DNA of 64,000 bases, from NCBI GenBank assembly GCA_030704615.1, contig CM060731.1:22010001-22074000 (forward strand), read 5' to 3'. Below, one piece after another: positions 60,331 to 64,000 of this stretch (positions are counted from its first letter, which is position 1; every line of letters begins with the position of its first letter). Position numbers and translations under genes: made by a program. The notes beneath the pieces were generated by a model. That model was given only the letters and a program-made list of their open reading frames with translations. It searched no databases and had not been told where the DNA came from. Source of the DNA: Takakia lepidozioides. Its lineage: Eukaryota; Plantae; Bryophyta.

Positions 60331-60499
60331 AACGCGAGGAGTTTGAACCTGCGACCCCGCGACACACATGAAGCCCTTACCAGTACGCTACATGCAAACA
60401 TTTGAAATTTCCCCCCAAAAGTATGTATATATTGTACATACGTGATGGGCAACTTTTTAAGTTTTTAAACCTTTTCACAAACCCTATAAGCAACTTTTT

Positions 60500-60710
60500 G
60501 TTTTTTTTATTTTATTTTTATTTTTTTAAAGGAAATCTCAAGCCCTTGAGGAGGGGAAAAAATTGACCCCCTTTCATTTATGGGCCATGAGACCTACAGG
60601 AGGATCAACGCCCAGACATACCGTCGTTACAAACAATCCCACACATGGAGTAATGCAGCGGGTTTGAACCCTGAACCACCAGGGCGACACACTCTGCACT
60701 TACCAGTCGA
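60500..60710 (-). mobile_element. tRNA-derived SINE copy (same subfamily as the 48.3-kb copy)
   Basis: CCCTTGAGGAGGGG...CCCCCTTTCATTTATGGGCCATGAGACCTACA...GCAGCGGGTTTGAACCC shared with 48343-48470. Confidence 0.7.
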
Positions 60711-60759
60711 TGTGTTTTTTTTTAAATCTTTTGCATTTTGATTTTTTTAAAAAAAAATC

Positions 60760-62348
60760 ATTTTAGTGGTTACAAGTGAGCACATAGATGTATTCCATGG
60801 AGATAAACAAAACTGTTCATCCGGTGTCTTCACGGTGGATGTATCCCATGGAGCGTTACATGAAAGATCTTAAGGGATACGTTAGGAATTACGCAAAGCC
60901 AGAAGGGAGTACGGCTGCAGGGTATGTTCTGGATGAGGCCATGGGGTTCATGACTACGTATATGCAATCATTTGATGCAACTCAACAACGGACTTGGGAT
61001 GCAAATGCGGAGGAAGGGGTTGAGGACGAGGTCTTCGAAGGTGTCGGCAAAAAGCGGGACATGACTGGAGCTGGGAAAATTTTGTATGTGCTGAACAATA
61101 CCAATGTCATGGCTCCTTGGACGCAGTGAGTACTTCTTTTCATTGCACCTTATTCATATCAAGTTCAATTTCAATTCTGACTGTCACCAGTGTAATCAAA
61201 CCACCCACAAAGTCACAAATGTCAGTAGTTTATCCAGATTATAACCAATGTTGTAGTAACGGAATGTCTGAGTGAGTGACTTGTTGGAAGAGCATGTTCA
61301 TTTACAAGTCATTCTGCTCACTCTTCCAGTGGTTTGAAACAGTGGTTTTCAAAATATCATTCATGCTAGGTATTTTTTGCTAAGTAATGCAATACTTCAT
61401 TGCTAACATGTGTCATTCTTGTTGCCATTTTGTGACAAAAAGTATGCAGCAGAGAAGGCACAGTTCACAGCAGACAGAGAAGCATGTGGTGATGAGTGGC
61501 GTGCCAATCGACGTCTACCTTATCAGATCAGCCAATACCTAGGTCATTAGATGGTCCCACGGCTCTAAATAAAGAAGATCTGGCTATGTTGGCTACCATT
61601 CAAGCGGCATTTGTGCAACCAACCGCTATTCCAGTTGAGCAAAGTGATTCAGAGGGTGACGAATATGTTTCAGATTCAGAATAAAATTTATTGTTGGAAC
61701 CATTTGTTCAATAGCATCATCCCACAATGGTCTGGCCACTTGTCTGTTTTTCAAAGTCTGTCACAGCTACACAAACCACTTAAAGTTTTTCATGTATCAC
61801 CCAAAAAGTGGTACCAATCACTGTTGTGTAGGCAACCACTCATGAGCAACCACTAGTATAGTGGTTCCAATTACTGCAGTATCTTTCACCACCCACTCTC
61901 CACCACTGTCAAAGTGGTACAAATCAATGAGGTGTCTTTAACCACTCAAGATCAACGTGCACTGTCCCCGTCCACGTGGAATATTATATTTATGAACTAA
62001 AATATATTTCCAAATAATAAATCACAAATAAAATTTGAATTATTACACGTGGAGTAGGAAGTGGTTTCAACCACTTCCCATCGATGAGGTGTCTATAACC
62101 ACTCACTATGTACCACTGCACTCGTCCACGTGGAATATTATATTTATTAATTAAAATGTATTAGCAAATAAATAATAATAAATAATAATAAATAAAAACA
62201 AATTATTACACGTGGACTACTGAGTGGTTGAAACCACTTCCAACCACTGTCTGTGATGCCACCGTGGCATTTCATTGGTGGTTTATAGAGTGGAAAAAGA
62301 CAGTAGTGGTTAAAGGGCCAGTGGTTATTCCACGTTTTTCTTCTAGTG
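60760..62348 (+). mobile_element. CACTA (En/Spm) transposon 3' portion with transposase (DUF4218-like) fragment
   Basis: ORF 60788-61129 PVSSRWMYPMERYMKDLKGYVRNYAKPEGS. ACCAC/GTGGT-rich subterminal repeats include a ~155-bp direct duplication (61928-62245). The element terminates ...TTTTCTTCTAGTG, the reverse complement of CACTAG. Confidence 0.85.
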
Positions 62349-64000
62349 TGAGCAGTACTCCCTGCCTGCTCAATCAATGACAAGGCCTCATCCTGCCCCA
62401 TCATCTCATCCTTGAGGACCTCCTCAACCCGAGAAGAATCCCCAACCTCATCCATCACAGCCGCCTTGGCTCCCAACTCCCTTGAACCTCGAGCACCTCC
62501 CACGTGTGCCATAGATGTTTACACCCCGTGGTCCTCACTTGCTCGCCCCCACTCACTACTTGTACCATCTCGGTAGGCAGAGAGACCGTAAAGGGAAGTG
62601 CACTCCGCACTCTACGTTGCTCAACCATAGCCAAGCTGATAATCCAGGTCAAGCAATTGAGATCCATCGCTTGCCCCAACACCCGACGACGTGATGCCTC
62701 AGAAAGAAAAGGCACCACCGTGGTCCCAGTGGAAAAACCCATAGCCCGCTTTTGCTCGTCGGCATTAGGCTCCACTAACTGCTGCAACTGAGCATCCTAC
62801 AGGAGGTCAGGTCCACTATCTCGGAAAGCATGCGATCCTGGGAAGCTGAGCAGTGTAGGTGGTGTTGCTCATGGTTGACCCACCTTGTTGACCACTGCCA
62901 AAGGCGAACAGTCATCGTGTCTCACACGCTGAGACTGCCTCCCTGTGTACAAAATGCTATTCACTATGAGGTGTGCAGGCCGCTGCACCCAATCAAATGC
63001 ATGCTTGAACAGTGCGGGTGACATCAAGTTAGTCCACCATAACCGTGGACGATAAGCCTGTAACCCCACTGCAGCTGCATCCAGCAACACTGCTGACCCA
63101 AGCCACGACCAAACTTGATGCACACTGGCCATCACCCTGGCCGGAGAATCGCCCATCAGTGGCACATTCTCCAAGATGTATGCTGGAGATACAACTTGAT
63201 GAAGCTGTAAGTGGCGCAAAACCCGCACCATCTCTCAAAACAGACCCGACCTCGAGTCTCGCAATCCATTGTCATGCCCGGCTGATGAATGCCCTTGGCG
63301 GGGCCAACCTGCCACTACCAGATCAATGGAGCCAACCCACTCCAAATCCTGCGCTCCCAGCAACGAAATGTCAAGTCCTGCTGATATCCACGAACTGCAG
63401 ACACCGGCAACAACTCAGGGTATTGTTGCACCAACTGAGCAACATGGCGTAGGGAGATGCGTCGTGCGGTCTTATCCCTCTCCACATAGAGGTAACGCCA
63501 AACTCTTTACACATGCCTATAGAACAGCAGCCAACTCGGTGCTGATCCCACCAAACAAGTTTAGAAGGCAAATGCCTTCATCCGGACACTGCCACATGAT
63601 CGGTGTGGTATCCAATGGTGACAACTAAGGTGGTCCTGGTGCAATTTCCGTACTGTCCTCTTCTCCTGACGGTACAAACGCCTCTACCCAGGCTTATTGC
63701 ACACGACAATCAGCAACCCGATACAAATCCTTGCTCGAGCCCTACAATGGAGTGTGAGCAACCATGGCAAACAACTACGCCATACCATACATGTCATCAT
63801 GCTCTTCCGAAGGTGACACATCCTCTGAATGAGTGTTGTCATCCAACAACTCTCCAGGCCAAGTCACTGCAGCTATGAATGCTGCCAATGTCGGCATCTT
63901 GCCTCGTTGGGCAACCGCAATTCCTCCTATAAACATCATAGGGAGCTGCACATGTCGGCCCTCCCCTGACTGCCCTCCAGGGCTATAGGAAGCTGACTCC
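62349..64000 (-). pseudogene. Decayed C5 DNA-cytosine methyltransferase domain within a probable retrotransposon polyprotein
   Basis: Across stops and frameshifts: motif I LLNLFGGIS, II YLYVERD, III DI, IV DLVVAGWP[R]QG, V GLRDSRSGLF, VI YILENV, VIII QAYRPRLWWTN, IX EQKRAMGF..G.T, X RRVLGQAMD. Intronless, with coding-like sequence continuing on both sides. Confidence 0.85.

Overview
Eukaryotic nuclear DNA from a non-seed land plant (moss-like by protein style; this is an inference). Intact genes: a 14-exon Lzipper-MIP1/DUF547 gene (-), an intronless CTD small phosphatase (+), tRNA-Leu(CAG), a head-to-head inverted pair of PLS-class PPR-DYW RNA-editing factors, an 11-exon ATG18b (-), a 4-exon RRM-containing gene (+) and an intronless bifunctional nuclease BBD (-). 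Relics include an F-box pseudogene, a Ty3/gypsy-ORF1 mosaic carrying a clean 207-bp inversion, at least 7 tRNA-derived SINE copies, a Tourist MITE, two piggyBac-like non-autonomous elements, a tandemly amplified and frameshifted PPR-module array, and a CACTA 3' end. The most striking item is at the right edge: a decayed, intronless C5 DNA-cytosine methyltransferase domain embedded in a longer polyprotein-like frame, probably carried by a retrotransposon. Exon boundaries were read by eye and checked for splice-phase consistency. No database searches were run.
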